A stretch of DNA of 64,000 nucleotides from Microgenomates group bacterium (GTDB taxonomy: Bacteria; Patescibacteriota; Microgenomatia; UBA1400; MFAQ01), in contig JBAQNH010000002.1 of the NCBI GenBank assembly GCA_049303575.1, positions 316,541 to 380,540 on the forward strand. Reading direction: 5' to 3'. Position numbers and translations under genes: made by a program. Within the stretch, counting starts at the first letter, position 1, and each line of letters starts with the position of its first letter. The notes below the pieces were generated by a model that was given only the letters and a program-made list of their open reading frames with translations, was not told the DNA's origin and ran no database searches. This document shows positions 1 through 10,133 of the stretch, piece after piece.

Positions 1-378
1 AGTTTTAGTCTCCTTGGTCACTTTTTTGGAGTCGAGATTGACCTTCTTTTTGTTACGGCGGTTCTTACCATTCTTTCTTTCTCCGTCCACGACACTATTG
101 TTGTTTTTGATCGCATTCGCGAACTTTCTCATAAAAATAAAAGCGTTGACTACATTACTCTAGTCAATCAAGCTGTTACCGAAACCATGGTTAGATCATT
201 AAACAACTCTCTCACTATTATCTTTATGTTGATTGCTCTTTTCCTCATTGGTGGAGAGACGACCAGATACTTCTCTCTCGCCCTTCTAATCGGAACCGTC
301 ACCGGCACTTACTCATCTACTTTTACCGCCGCTCCACTTCTTATTGTCTGGAATAAGATTTTTGCCAAGAACAAATAA
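1..378 (+). CDS. secF: Protein-export membrane protein SecF (or SecDF C-terminal part), 5'-truncated by window edge
   Basis: Frame-1 translation from position 1 is continuous. It gives ...FSVHDTIVVFDRIRE... and then the TM-rich C-terminus LLIGTVTGTYSSTFTAAPLLI, which is typical of the SecF C-terminus. Confidence 0.65.
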   Translation, partial: SFSLLGHFFGVEIDLLFVTAVLTILSFSVHDTIVVFDRIRELSHKNKSVDYITLVNQAVTETMVRSLNNSLTIIFMLIALFLIGGETTRYFSLALLIGTVTGTYSSTFTAAPLLIVWNKIFAKNK

Positions 379-379
379 A

Positions 380-1840
380 CTATTCTTTAGCGATCTCTTT
401 AATTCGTGAAAGTAGATATTCTTTATTGTTTTTGCTCGTGTCTTCCAAGACTTCCTCAAATAATTTCTTTAGTACTTTTCCGACAGTTGGTCCTGGTTCC
501 ACCTTCAATACTTCCATTACGTCTTTCCCGTTTACTACCATATCATTTATCTCCATCGGTTCAAAAAGTTGTTCCCCAATTCGCTTCTGCAACTCCATAA
601 ATCTCCAGCTGGTAGTTTTCGATCCACTTCCTTTTCGATCGGCAATACGCAAAAGCACCATGTCGGCGATATTTTCCTTACCTACTTTTCTGATAATTCT
701 TCGAATAGCTGCATCCGTCATCTCTGGTTGATACGCAAACATGTGCATTCTCACCAGAGTTACGATTTTCTCCGTTTGTTTATTTGTAAATCTCAATCTT
801 TCACATATTTCTTTTGCCATTCTGGCACCGATTACCTCGTGTCCATAAAAAGTAATCATTCCTCTCGTCGGTTGTTCAAACCCACAATTTGCACACATCG
901 TCATCTCTTCGGACAAATCTCTAAACATTTTTCCACACTTTCGGCATTTATATCTTTGGCTTCTGGGTTTCCCTACATCATGAATAAAAGTGGCAAAGCG
1001 TACAATCGGATCCGGTGAAGAACTGCTCCGTAAACACTCGATCATATGATCGAGGACGGTCAGTGTATGGTGTCCCCCCTGCATCACCCCACGTCCTTCT
1101 AGTACCTCAGGCATTATCTGTTCCATTAATCCAGTCGAAATCAAAAGAGACACTCCATCAGCTGGATAGTTCGAGCCGATAATTTTTAAGAGTTCATCGC
1201 GAACTCTTTCTTTACTTATCTTTTCAAGAAGCGGTGCTTTTACGGCAATTGCTTTTAGTGTTTCTTCCTCAATTACAAACCCTAGTCTGGCTGCAAATCG
1301 AATTGCTCTCATCATTCTCAACGCATCTTCCCCAAAGCGTTTTTCGGGGTTTCCAACTGCTCGAATTAATCCCTTTTCAAAATCCGTCAATCCTTCAATC
1401 AGATCAATTAACTCGTATTTTCCGTCCTTTTGACCAATCACCAAAGCATTCACTGTAAAATCTCGGCGAGTTACATCTTCTTCCAAAGTTTTTCCCCAAC
1501 TCACATTATCTGGTCGGCGAAAATCAGAGTATTCTTTTTCTGATCGGTACGTTGTCACCTCATAAAGTTCCTTTTTTCCATCAACCTCAATCTCATACGA
1601 CACGGTCCCAAAATCATTATTGTAAAACGGATCGTATTTTTCCAAAACTTTCAAACTTTGTTCGGGAGTTGCGTTTGTGGTCAGGTCGCAGTTCTCCGGT
1701 ATTTTTTCCATCAGAATATTTCGAACACCGCCACCCACCAAATAGACCTCAAATCCTCCAGCAATAAACTCACTCATCACCCGCTTCAGTTCATGAGGAA
1801 GTAAAATTAATTCGTCCGGTAATAAAAACCTTCTATACAC
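380..1840 (-). CDS. cca: CCA-adding tRNA nucleotidyltransferase / poly(A) polymerase family with HD domain and an inserted Cys4 zinc ribbon
   Basis: 486 aa. It has a pol-beta NTase head (LVGGGVRNILMEKIPENCDLTTNATPEQ), an RxxRF RNA-binding region and a C-terminal HD (FIHDVGK). A CRKCG...CANCG insertion is present. Confidence 0.7.
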   Translation of the reverse strand: MYRRFLLPDELILLPHELKRVMSEFIAGGFEVYLVGGGVRNILMEKIPENCDLTTNATPEQSLKVLEKYDPFYNNDFGTVSYEIEVDGKKELYEVTTYRSEKEYSDFRRPDNVSWGKTLEEDVTRRDFTVNALVIGQKDGKYELIDLIEGLTDFEKGLIRAVGNPEKRFGEDALRMMRAIRFAARLGFVIEEETLKAIAVKAPLLEKISKERVRDELLKIIGSNYPADGVSLLISTGLMEQIMPEVLEGRGVMQGGHHTLTVLDHMIECLRSSSSPDPIVRFATFIHDVGKPRSQRYKCRKCGKMFRDLSEEMTMCANCGFEQPTRGMITFYGHEVIGARMAKEICERLRFTNKQTEKIVTLVRMHMFAYQPEMTDAAIRRIIRKVGKENIADMVLLRIADRKGSGSKTTSWRFMELQKRIGEQLFEPMEINDMVVNGKDVMEVLKVEPGPTVGKVLKKLFEEVLEDTSKNNKEYLLSRIKEIAKE

Positions 1841-1879
1841 GCATAAATCTTATCACGGCAAACAAGGTAAAATACCCGT

Positions 1880-3367
1880 ATGGAAATAAGCTTTGAGGAT
1901 TTGTTAATCCTAGCCAAAACCAAAAGAGCCGATATAGACGAAACACGACTCAGAGAAGTCTATCTTTTTGCTGAGAAAAATCACGCCGGCCAAGTTCGCC
2001 AAACAGGGGAGGACTACATTGTCCACCCTCTTGCTACTGCTCATATTCTCGCCGGTTGGGGTCTTGATCAGGCCAGCCTTGAGGCCGCCCTTCTTCATGA
2101 TCTACCGGAGACGGCAAACATCACGATCGAAGAGTTGCAAAAAAATTTTGGTGAAGAAATTGCTAAGCTGGTCGAAGGGGTTAATCGTGTCGGCAAAGTA
2201 AAGCTTAGAGGTAGTCAAAACTTACAATTTCTAGAAAACCTTAGAAGAATGTTTGTCGCTATGGCCCAAGATATTCGCGTTGTCCTTATTCGTTTGGCTG
2301 ACCGACTTCATAATATTTCCACCCTTGATGCTGTTCCTCTTTCCAAACAAAAACGGATAGCCATTGAAACAATGGAAGTCTATGCCCCTCTTGCCGAAAG
2401 ACTTGGTATGGGTCGTCTTAAGGGAGAGTTGGAAGACTTAGCCTTTCCTTACATCTTTCCTGAAGAATATGCTTGGCTTCAAGAAATTGCCAAACCTCAC
2501 TTTAAATACTCCGAAAAAAATGTTTCCGGCATCATGAATAAACTTCGTCAGCAATTGGTCAAACACGGTATCACTGCACGAGTCGAGGGTCGACCAAAAA
2601 GAAAATATAGTCTCTATAAAAAACTCCTTCGTCCTGAAATCAATCGCGATATTACCAAGATTTACGATCTCATGGCGGTGAGGGTTATTACGGGAGATAC
2701 GGCGAGTTGCTACTCTACTCTTGGCGTAATTCATCAATACTGGAAGCCGGTTCCCAATGCTGGAATATCCGACTTCATCGCTCAGCCAAAACCCAATGGT
2801 TATCAGTCGATCCACACTAAAATTTTTGACAACATGGGTAACATTGTTGAGATCCAAATTCGTTCGGAAGAAATGCATCTTACCGCCGAGTTGGGTGCCG
2901 CCGCTCACTTTGCTTACTCGGATGCCAAAAGCCATGGCGCCTCGGACGAAAAATTAACTGCTGGCACCGCCTTCAAAATTTCCGAAAAAATGTCTTGGGT
3001 CAAGCAACTAGCTGGTTGGCAAAATCAGGTAAGTGCTGCCGGTGATAATCTCGAAGATTACAAACTGGATGCACTTTCTCAGCACATTTATGTTTTTTCC
3101 CCTAATGGTGATGTCTACGACCTTCCGGAAAACTCAACTCCGGTAGACTACGCCTTTGGTGTTCACTCAGACCTTGGCCATTACATCCAAACTGTCAAAA
3201 TTAATGGTCGTATTGCTTCGCTTGATCAACCCCTAAAAAGCGGTGACATCATCGAAGTTCAAAAGTCAAAAATTATGAAAAAACCAAATAAAAACTGGCT
3301 TAGATTTGTCAAGACTCACAAAGCCAAAGAAGAAATCAGAAAAGCTGTCCAAGACCAACAATCCTAG
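1880..3367 (+). CDS. Bifunctional (p)ppGpp synthetase/hydrolase Rel/SpoT (short form, no ACT domain)
   Basis: 495 aa. It has an N-terminal HD hydrolase domain (YIVHPLATAHILAGWGLD...LLHD), a RelA/SpoT synthetase core (RPKRKYSLYKKL...YQSIHT) and a TGS-like C-terminus. Confidence 0.8.
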   Translation: MEISFEDLLILAKTKRADIDETRLREVYLFAEKNHAGQVRQTGEDYIVHPLATAHILAGWGLDQASLEAALLHDLPETANITIEELQKNFGEEIAKLVEGVNRVGKVKLRGSQNLQFLENLRRMFVAMAQDIRVVLIRLADRLHNISTLDAVPLSKQKRIAIETMEVYAPLAERLGMGRLKGELEDLAFPYIFPEEYAWLQEIAKPHFKYSEKNVSGIMNKLRQQLVKHGITARVEGRPKRKYSLYKKLLRPEINRDITKIYDLMAVRVITGDTASCYSTLGVIHQYWKPVPNAGISDFIAQPKPNGYQSIHTKIFDNMGNIVEIQIRSEEMHLTAELGAAAHFAYSDAKSHGASDEKLTAGTAFKISEKMSWVKQLAGWQNQVSAAGDNLEDYKLDALSQHIYVFSPNGDVYDLPENSTPVDYAFGVHSDLGHYIQTVKINGRIASLDQPLKSGDIIEVQKSKIMKKPNKNWLRFVKTHKAKEEIRKAVQDQQS

Positions 3368-3387
3368 TATAAAATTAAGAGGCATCA

Positions 3388-4302
3388 ATGAAAACATTAC
3401 TCAAGAACATCTTTCCTGACCTTCGCTCGGTCATAAATATCACCGCCTTACTGTGTCTTTCTGTCTACTTTATATTTGTTCCGATAATTAGCTCTCCCAT
3501 TTCACGCCAAAAACCAAATGTCAAAGCTGCTTTTGTTAGCGAACCTCCAACACCGGTTTCCAAAAATATTTCTGCTCCCCAAGTCACGGCCACGGGAATT
3601 TATATTACCGATCTCAAAACCGGTCAGGTGTTACTCGAAAAAAATGCTCACACCAGACTAAAACCAGCCTCCCTTACTAAGATTATGACCGCTCTCGTTG
3701 CCATGGATTATTACAATGATGACTCTATTCTTTTGGTCAAAAATGGCCAAAGCGCCAATGGTAACACGGTTAAATTACGTAAAGGAGACAAACTCATCGC
3801 TAGTGATCTGTTTTATGCTCTTCTCGTTCCGTCGGGAAATGATGCTGCTGTTACTCTTGCTGAAAATTATCCTGGTGGTTATCAGGCCTTCATTTCACGA
3901 ATGAACGCAAAGGTTACCGAGATGAACTTACAGAATACTCATTTTGTAAACGTTTCCGGAGTTGAAAGTCAAAATCACTATATCTCCGCTTTTGATATTA
4001 CTGTTTTAGCTAGAGCCGCTCTTGCTCGTCCACAATTCTCGTCAATTGTCTCCACTCAAAAAATTACCCTAAAGAGTCTTAGGGGAAATATTTATCCTCT
4101 GGAAACTACCAACGTTCTTCTTGGTCAGCCAGGAATTTTTGGCGTAAAAACAGGTTGGACTCCCGAAGCCGGAGAGTGTTTAGTTATTCTTGTCGAAAGA
4201 GACAATCATTCGGTTCTCATCAGCATACTAAACAGTAAGGATCGTTTTGGGGAAGCACAAACCCTGTTTAACTGGGTTTTCGAAAACTACTCTTGGGAAT
4301 AA
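3388..4302 (+). CDS. D-alanyl-D-alanine carboxypeptidase (S11 / PBP5 family), N-terminal membrane anchor
   Basis: It carries the SxxK motif (PASLTKIMTALVAMDYY), an SGND motif (LLVPSGNDAAVTLAE) and a KTG motif (GVKTGWT). Confidence 0.7.
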   Translation: MKTLLKNIFPDLRSVINITALLCLSVYFIFVPIISSPISRQKPNVKAAFVSEPPTPVSKNISAPQVTATGIYITDLKTGQVLLEKNAHTRLKPASLTKIMTALVAMDYYNDDSILLVKNGQSANGNTVKLRKGDKLIASDLFYALLVPSGNDAAVTLAENYPGGYQAFISRMNAKVTEMNLQNTHFVNVSGVESQNHYISAFDITVLARAALARPQFSSIVSTQKITLKSLRGNIYPLETTNVLLGQPGIFGVKTGWTPEAGECLVILVERDNHSVLISILNSKDRFGEAQTLFNWVFENYSWE

Positions 4303-4306
4303 CCAA

Positions 4307-5389
4307 CTACTTCTTAATCCACGACTCACTGACTGCGGAAACATAAGCCGTAAAACCCTGATCACCCAAGAAAATGTAGACTGGCATGGCATATCCAGTG
4401 CTGACCTCCGCGTCATAGTATCCCAGGAATACTCGTCTGATTTTAACCTCGGCTGTTTTTGAATCGCCTCGATAAACAAATCCGCCGCCACTTTCTAACT
4501 CGGCCCATGCTTCGTCTCCTGTTTTTATTGGGTAAGTTCCATTTTTTGTGTAATCAATTTTGTTATACCCAAAACTCAGGTAAATGATTTTATCACTCAA
4601 GTTTTTTGATCCGGACACAATGACCCTGATTAAACCCTTGTTTGGATCACCTCGATAAAATGGATAACTGGCAACCACTTCTTTAGTTTTACTGGCAGGA
4701 TCCACCTCGTCCATATTTTTTCTAAACAAATCCAGTTGAACAAAATCGGCGTCAGACAAAGACAGGGCAATCGCCAATTTTCCTCCGTCATCCTTGAGGT
4801 AAGTCGCTTTTTCTACACCCACAATATCCGAATTCAAAAGACCAACCCTGCTCAAATAATTTTCTGTATCCATAATCACCGCTTTGTCGGAGGTAAAGCT
4901 AGCCATTGATGCAAGAGCCGGATTGTTTTGCCACTGTCTGGTCAAATTAAAATGGCCACTAATAATATTCATATCTAGTCTAGATCCCAATTGGTCTTGA
5001 TTTGTCCAAACATAATTAGACCCCGATTTTTGTTCTGGTTTAAATAAAAATCCTAAAGCAGCTGCAGTCTCAATTGCCTTTTCGGCATCAGTAAAGGTGC
5101 TCCTTTTAATTGGTTGGGCATAAACTCTCATCCTGTCTACAAAGACTGGAATATTTCCTGTGGGTAACTCCAGTACCAATTTTGGTCGTTCAACATTTTC
5201 GGGAAAATCTATTTTTGGCAGCTGGCCAAAATCTGTTGTTGGATTTGGTAGGGGAGTCGGGTTTAGGGTTTGATAATACCTAATCAAAGCTCCTCCCAAA
5301 TACCAAAGAATGGTAATTCCCACAAAACCGATTAATCCGGACCTGATTACCTTTCTTGCTGTTATCGATGCTTGTGTTAGTGTTGCCAT
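4307..5389 (-). CDS. Hypothetical membrane-anchored protein (single N-terminal TM, large extracytoplasmic domain)
   Basis: A 360-aa ORF with a hydrophobic N-terminal segment (LIGFVGITILWYLGGALI). I recognise no motif in it. Confidence 0.4.
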   Translation of the reverse strand: MATLTQASITARKVIRSGLIGFVGITILWYLGGALIRYYQTLNPTPLPNPTTDFGQLPKIDFPENVERPKLVLELPTGNIPVFVDRMRVYAQPIKRSTFTDAEKAIETAAALGFLFKPEQKSGSNYVWTNQDQLGSRLDMNIISGHFNLTRQWQNNPALASMASFTSDKAVIMDTENYLSRVGLLNSDIVGVEKATYLKDDGGKLAIALSLSDADFVQLDLFRKNMDEVDPASKTKEVVASYPFYRGDPNKGLIRVIVSGSKNLSDKIIYLSFGYNKIDYTKNGTYPIKTGDEAWAELESGGGFVYRGDSKTAEVKIRRVFLGYYDAEVSTGYAMPVYIFLGDQGFTAYVSAVSESWIKK

Positions 5390-5414
5390 AAGCTAAATAA
5401 AGTATACTATCACT

Positions 5415-6842
5415 ATGGCTGATACGCACGTAAGAACCAGAATTGCTCCCTCCCCAACAGGAGTGCCCCACATCGGCAATACCAGAACTGCCCTCTTTGA
5501 TTATTTACTCGCCAAAAAATATGGCGGCGAGTTTATTTTACGTATCGAAGACACCGACCAAAAGCGTCTGGTTCCTGGTGCTGTTGACAAAATTTATCAG
5601 ATTTTTGATTTCCTAGGTTTAAAAAGAGATGAAGATCCAGTTGTTGGTGGTCCATACGGACCCTATGTCCAAACTGAGCGCCTTGAGATATATCAAAAAT
5701 ACGCTTTAGAACTTGTAAACATGGGAGCCGCTTACTACTGTTTTTGTTCCGAAGAAAGACTCGAAGAACTTCACAAAAATAATCCTTTTGCCAAATATGA
5801 TCGTCACTGTCGCAATCTATCTCCGGAAGAAGTAAAAGCCAAATTAGACTCCGGTGCCCCTCATGTCATCAGGGTCAAACTTCCCGAAACCGGTTTCACT
5901 ACCTGGCATGACTTGGTTCAGGGAAAGCTTAGCTTACCCAACACCGAATGCGACGACAAAGTCTTGATGAAGACAAATGGTATTCCCACATATCATCTTG
6001 CCGTTGTTGTCGATGACTATTTGATGAAAATTAGCCACGTCATTCGAGGAGTTGAGTGGATGATGTCTACTCCTGTTCACCTTTTTCTTTTTGAATCCTT
6101 TGGTTGGGAGCCAACCGCTTTTCTTCATGTTCCCTTGCTTCTCGGTCCCGACAAAAGCAAACTATCCAAACGCCATGGTGCCAAATCAGTCCTCGAGTAC
6201 GCCGCCGACGGTTATCTTCCTGAAGCCATCAACAACTTTCTTTTTTACTTAGGTTTTTCCTACAAAGACAACTCTGAGTTACTCACTCTTGATCAAATGG
6301 CCGAAGTTTTTGATGAAAAAAGAATTCAAAGACAAAACGCTATTTTCGACATCCAAAAATTGAACTACCTCAATAGTCAATGGATCAAAAAACTTGACTC
6401 GGAAGATCTCTTTAATAGACTAAAGGCTTTTATACCCCAAGAATGGCAAGCTGAAAAAGCCAAAGTTATCTCCATTATTGATATTGCCAAAGAGAGAATG
6501 TTTACTCTCAAGGACTTCGCTTCTTCAGCCGAATATTTTTTCTTTACCCCAGAAGTCGACAAACAGCTAGTTCTCGAACAATCAACTCATACCGAAGAGG
6601 AAACAAAAAAATGGTTCGCGATTGCTATTTCTCTAATCGAAAATACCAAGGAATTTACTTCCGAAAATCTCCACGAAGAGTTTATGTCTGCCCAAAAAGA
6701 CTCCGGCTTCTCACCTCGGGAAGCTTTTATGTCTCTTCGTGTCGCCATTTCTGGACGTACTACCACCCCACCCCTCTTTGATTGTTTTGTAATCTTAGGG
6801 AAAGAAGAATCCCTCAAAAGGTTAAACTCCGTTTTTGCCTAA
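5415..6842 (+). CDS. gltX: Glutamyl-tRNA synthetase
   Basis: It has class I HIGH (PSPTGVPHIGNTRTALF) and KMSKS (KLSKRHGA) motifs, and a GluRS-type catalytic core. Confidence 0.85.
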   Translation: MADTHVRTRIAPSPTGVPHIGNTRTALFDYLLAKKYGGEFILRIEDTDQKRLVPGAVDKIYQIFDFLGLKRDEDPVVGGPYGPYVQTERLEIYQKYALELVNMGAAYYCFCSEERLEELHKNNPFAKYDRHCRNLSPEEVKAKLDSGAPHVIRVKLPETGFTTWHDLVQGKLSLPNTECDDKVLMKTNGIPTYHLAVVVDDYLMKISHVIRGVEWMMSTPVHLFLFESFGWEPTAFLHVPLLLGPDKSKLSKRHGAKSVLEYAADGYLPEAINNFLFYLGFSYKDNSELLTLDQMAEVFDEKRIQRQNAIFDIQKLNYLNSQWIKKLDSEDLFNRLKAFIPQEWQAEKAKVISIIDIAKERMFTLKDFASSAEYFFFTPEVDKQLVLEQSTHTEEETKKWFAIAISLIENTKEFTSENLHEEFMSAQKDSGFSPREAFMSLRVAISGRTTTPPLFDCFVILGKEESLKRLNSVFA

Positions 6843-6845
6843 AAT

Positions 6846-7715
6846 ATGCCGGAAAACAATCTACAAAATTCCATCGCCAAACTCGAAAAGAGATCAGCCT
6901 CTTTTCGAAATAAAATTCTAAGAAATCCAGCCGCCAAGAAATTTTTTGCCAAATCTACCTTGCTGGCTTATGATCTCCGTCAGAAATCCAGCCGCATACT
7001 CGCCGGTGCTGGATTGGTTGGTAGTCTTCTGGCTATGCCCATGCCCCAAACACCTTCTTTCCCAACAGAGATTTCTGAACCGGTAAAATCAATTCTTTCC
7101 AGTAAACAAAAAGTTCTCGGCAATCTTCAGGAAATCATTCCCCACCAACCGGCAAAAATTACCGGAGATCAAGCTTTAAAAGTCGAAAAACTTATTTCTG
7201 AAAATACCAACATCCCCGTCAAAGTTGAATTGGAGGGTCAATCTTTAAATCACACTATTGGTTACACCGGTTTTGAACAACACCTCAAACGCTATCCCGG
7301 GGATGCTCTTTCCGAACACGACGAAATCCAAGAAGCCGGTATGGCACCAGGCTTGGGCGCTTTCGGTTATTTTGCCAAAGACTCTCGTGATTTCTCCACA
7401 AAAATCTATCTCCAAGAAAAGTACTACTGTGTCGTCCAAACTTTATATCTTGAAAATTGGAACAAGGACTATCGCCAGCTCAAGGATTGGTATGCATTCC
7501 GAAAAATGCTCGTCGTTAATCCCGTCAATGGTAATGCCGTTGTTTGTGTCATAGGCGACGCTGGTCCGGCAGAGTGGACCGGTAAACAGTTTGGTGCTTC
7601 TCCGGAAACAATGGAATACTTGGATCTCAATAAAGGTCCACGCAAAGGTCTCATTCTTATGTTATTTGTCGACGATCCCGAAAATAAAATTCCTTTAGGA
7701 CCCGTTAATTATTAA
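6846..7715 (+). CDS. Hypothetical protein with RlpA/3D-like double-psi beta-barrel C-terminal domain (possible cell-wall associated)
   Basis: The C-terminal MLVVNPVNGNAVVCVIGDAGPAEWTGKQFGASPETMEYLDL resembles the RlpA DPBB signature (VVVRINDRGPF...IDLS). Assignment is tentative. Confidence 0.4.
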   Translation: MPENNLQNSIAKLEKRSASFRNKILRNPAAKKFFAKSTLLAYDLRQKSSRILAGAGLVGSLLAMPMPQTPSFPTEISEPVKSILSSKQKVLGNLQEIIPHQPAKITGDQALKVEKLISENTNIPVKVELEGQSLNHTIGYTGFEQHLKRYPGDALSEHDEIQEAGMAPGLGAFGYFAKDSRDFSTKIYLQEKYYCVVQTLYLENWNKDYRQLKDWYAFRKMLVVNPVNGNAVVCVIGDAGPAEWTGKQFGASPETMEYLDLNKGPRKGLILMLFVDDPENKIPLGPVNY

Positions 7716-7721
7716 AAAAAT

Positions 7722-8042
7722 ATGTCACCACTTTTTTTCGACCACCTAGTAATCAAGACCGAGATAATTGAGTTGATTAATAAAAAGCCGGAACCGGAAA
7801 ATCAAAAAGGCAAAGCGCTTCAGTTAATTGACGACATTTTCTACCAGGGGATAGTTGCCCACATACTGGAAAAACTAAATCCAAAGCACCACGACACTTT
7901 TCTTAACCAAGTACATGAGCGTCCCTATGACCCCGAACTTATCTCCTATCTCAAAGAACATATCGGTCCGGACATCGAAGATGATATTCGCAAAGCCGCC
8001 AATAAAATTGTCAAACAGATACTTAAAGACCTCAGCAATTAA
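7722..8042 (+). CDS. Hypothetical protein (106 aa)
   Basis: An ORF directly downstream of the 6846..7715 ORF, with no recognisable motif. Confidence 0.35.
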   Translation: MSPLFFDHLVIKTEIIELINKKPEPENQKGKALQLIDDIFYQGIVAHILEKLNPKHHDTFLNQVHERPYDPELISYLKEHIGPDIEDDIRKAANKIVKQILKDLSN

Positions 8043-8084
8043 TCCTCCTTATTTTCTTGCTCAAGATGTGTTAACCTAATATCC

Positions 8085-8615
8085 ATGGAATCAGAAAAAT
8101 GTCCCAAATGTGGCGCCCCCTTATCAGCAATAACCGAAACCCCAACCGGTCGTAAACTTCAACGTTGTTCGACTGGTGTCTGGAATACGGAAACTCACAA
8201 AACCGATGGTTGTGACTACGTTAAATGGCTTGAGGTAGAACCTCAAACTCTGGACGAAAAATGTCCCAAATGTGGTCAACCTCTCGTCCTCCAAGTTACT
8301 CGTTTCGGTAAAAAAATGAAAAAATGTAGTGCTGGTGGCTGGGACAAAGAAGCCAAGCAGGCTACTGGTTGCGATTATGTCGAATGGATTAATGGGACCA
8401 CCGAAAAGCTCGACGAAAAATGTCCCAAATGTGGCGAGCCTCTAGTTCTTTACACTACTGCCGCTGGTAAAAAAATGAAAAAATGTTCCACCTCTGGCTG
8501 GGACAGAGAAGAGAAAAAAGCCACCGGCTGCGACTATGTTCTTTGGCTTAAAACCGAGTACAAACCTCAAGAGTCAAATGGCGAAGAATTTCTTCCCCCT
8601 GAAGACATCTTTTAA
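8085..8615 (+). CDS. Tandem (3x) topoisomerase-type C4 zinc-ribbon repeat protein
   Basis: It has three repeats of about 52 aa, each of the form CPKCG(A/Q/E)PL...(RFGKKMKK)C(S)..GW....GCDYV.W. This resembles the zf-C4_Topoisom ribbons of TopA. Confidence 0.5.
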   Translation: MESEKCPKCGAPLSAITETPTGRKLQRCSTGVWNTETHKTDGCDYVKWLEVEPQTLDEKCPKCGQPLVLQVTRFGKKMKKCSAGGWDKEAKQATGCDYVEWINGTTEKLDEKCPKCGEPLVLYTTAAGKKMKKCSTSGWDREEKKATGCDYVLWLKTEYKPQESNGEEFLPPEDIF

Positions 8616-8716
8616 TTCCCCAGGTTTTTCCCAAACTACCAATGTTGACAGCCTATCTCCTTTAAATGTGCGAATTTTGGTAGCATTTCATCATCATAAT
8701 GTGGGAAAATACATCA

Positions 8717-9151
8717 ATGTCAAAGAAAAAGTCATCCTTTCTCGATCAAGCTTCACAGAAACTAACCTTCTGGATTGGTACTCCTCAATCCATCATCGCC
8801 CACACCGCATTTTTTATCGGCATTTTTATTCTGATACTTTTTGGTATGCCCACCGATAAAGTTCTCCTCATTCTTACCACCGCTGTTTCTCTCGAAGCCA
8901 TCTATCTCGCCATTTTTATTCAAATGACCGTCAACCGCACTACCACGAGTCTGGCTGGCGTCGAAAAAGACATCGGCGATATCCAAGAGGACGTTGATAG
9001 TCTTGAGGTAAATTTCAAAGGTATCTCCAACGACTACGTTGAGGACGATGCTGAAGAGGATGACGTTGTCAATGCTCTAAAAGATATTGAAAAACGTCTC
9101 ACTAATCTTCAAGATGATATTGGCGTTCTCAAGAAAAAAGGACTTTTCTAG
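8717..9151 (+). CDS. DUF1003-family membrane protein
   Basis: It has two TM helices and then a coiled C-terminus. The pattern TFWIGTPQSIIAHTAFFIGIFILILFG...ILTTAVSLEAIYLAIFIQMTVNR is typical of DUF1003. The start was chosen at the MSKKK Met inside the 8699 ORF. Confidence 0.5.
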   Translation: MSKKKSSFLDQASQKLTFWIGTPQSIIAHTAFFIGIFILILFGMPTDKVLLILTTAVSLEAIYLAIFIQMTVNRTTTSLAGVEKDIGDIQEDVDSLEVNFKGISNDYVEDDAEEDDVVNALKDIEKRLTNLQDDIGVLKKKGLF

Positions 9152-9465
9152 GACACCTTTTTTCCATTCCACAAAGACTCAGAAAGATTCACTTTTCCGT
9201 TTTTAAATATAACTCCCTCAGCAATCAGCATTTTCATCTTTGTCGGCACTCCATCTCCAGCAGAGTAACCAGTCAAAGAGCCATCAAAAGCCACCACCCT
9301 GTGGCAGGGGACAATTGGTACAAAGGGATTTGTTTTCATCAATAATCCTACCGCTCGACTTGCCTTCGGATTTCCGACCAATCGGGCAATCTGTCCATAC
9401 GTTGCTACCTTTCCCTGCGGAATCTTTTTGGTAACCTCATAAACTTTTTCTTTAAATGTTTTCAT
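9148..9465 (-). CDS. ogt: Methylated-DNA--protein-cysteine methyltransferase (Ogt/MGMT C-terminal domain only)
   Basis: The PCHRVV active-site motif (VPIVPCHRVVAFDGSLTGY) and an HTH (ATYGQIARLVGNPKASRAVG) are present. The start was moved to an internal Met to remove overlap with the upstream gene. Confidence 0.65.
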   Translation of the reverse strand: MKTFKEKVYEVTKKIPQGKVATYGQIARLVGNPKASRAVGLLMKTNPFVPIVPCHRVVAFDGSLTGYSAGDGVPTKMKMLIAEGVIFKNGKVNLSESLWNGKKVS

Positions 9466-10072
9466 ATTTTCGAAAGACAAAGAACTCTGTTTCGGAAATT
9501 CCTCTGTTTTGAAATAATGCCGGAACATCTATTTTTTCATAATCCAAAAATAAATCAGAGAGATCACCTTCGTTAATTACATTTCTGTCACAAACTATCA
9601 AGCCGGAATTTTTTAAAACCCTTACTATCTCCGAAAGCTGGTCTTCAATCGTCTCCACAGGCAGTCCAAAAAGTAACACCACTTCGAAATTATCTTTATC
9701 AAAAGGTAAAGCTTTGTTATCGGCAATGACCTTTAATCCACTCCCCAAAACCGGAAAATATTTACAATCTCCCTCTTTATAGTCTTCCAGACTAATATGA
9801 AACACTTTTTCTTCTCCAAAAACAAATTTCGGTAAAACATCAAAACCGGAACCGGCATAAAGGATTTTTTCTTGGTGAAAAGTATTGTTTATCCATTTCA
9901 GAAATAGATACTGGGAAACTTTGTAATCCCTTTCAACTTCTTCGATATACTCGGCTGTCAGGGGATCTTCTTTTCTAATGGGTAAAGTTGCTTTAAGCAC
10001 CTCTCCTTCAATCACGTCAATTGCACTCTGAGGTATTTTATTTTCTCTACTAATATAGCCTTCAAATTCCAT
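9452..10072 (-). CDS. Hypothetical protein (206 aa)
   Basis: A clean ORF upstream of ogt on the same strand, with no confident motif. Confidence 0.4.
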   Translation of the reverse strand: MEFEGYISRENKIPQSAIDVIEGEVLKATLPIRKEDPLTAEYIEEVERDYKVSQYLFLKWINNTFHQEKILYAGSGFDVLPKFVFGEEKVFHISLEDYKEGDCKYFPVLGSGLKVIADNKALPFDKDNFEVVLLFGLPVETIEDQLSEIVRVLKNSGLIVCDRNVINEGDLSDLFLDYEKIDVPALFQNRGISETEFFVFRKYENI

Positions 10073-10133
10073 AACGGGATTATAGCAACTCCTTTTGGTT
10101 TATACTGAAGATAATTCTATTACTATTTGAATT

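Noticed and set aside
8536-8859. 107-aa ORF overlapping the zinc-ribbon gene 3' end and the DUF1003 gene 5' end
   Set aside because: It is in an alternative frame spanning two better-supported genes, so it is probably not real. Other short antisense or overlapping ORFs inside lon, secA, RloC and similar genes were dismissed in the same way.
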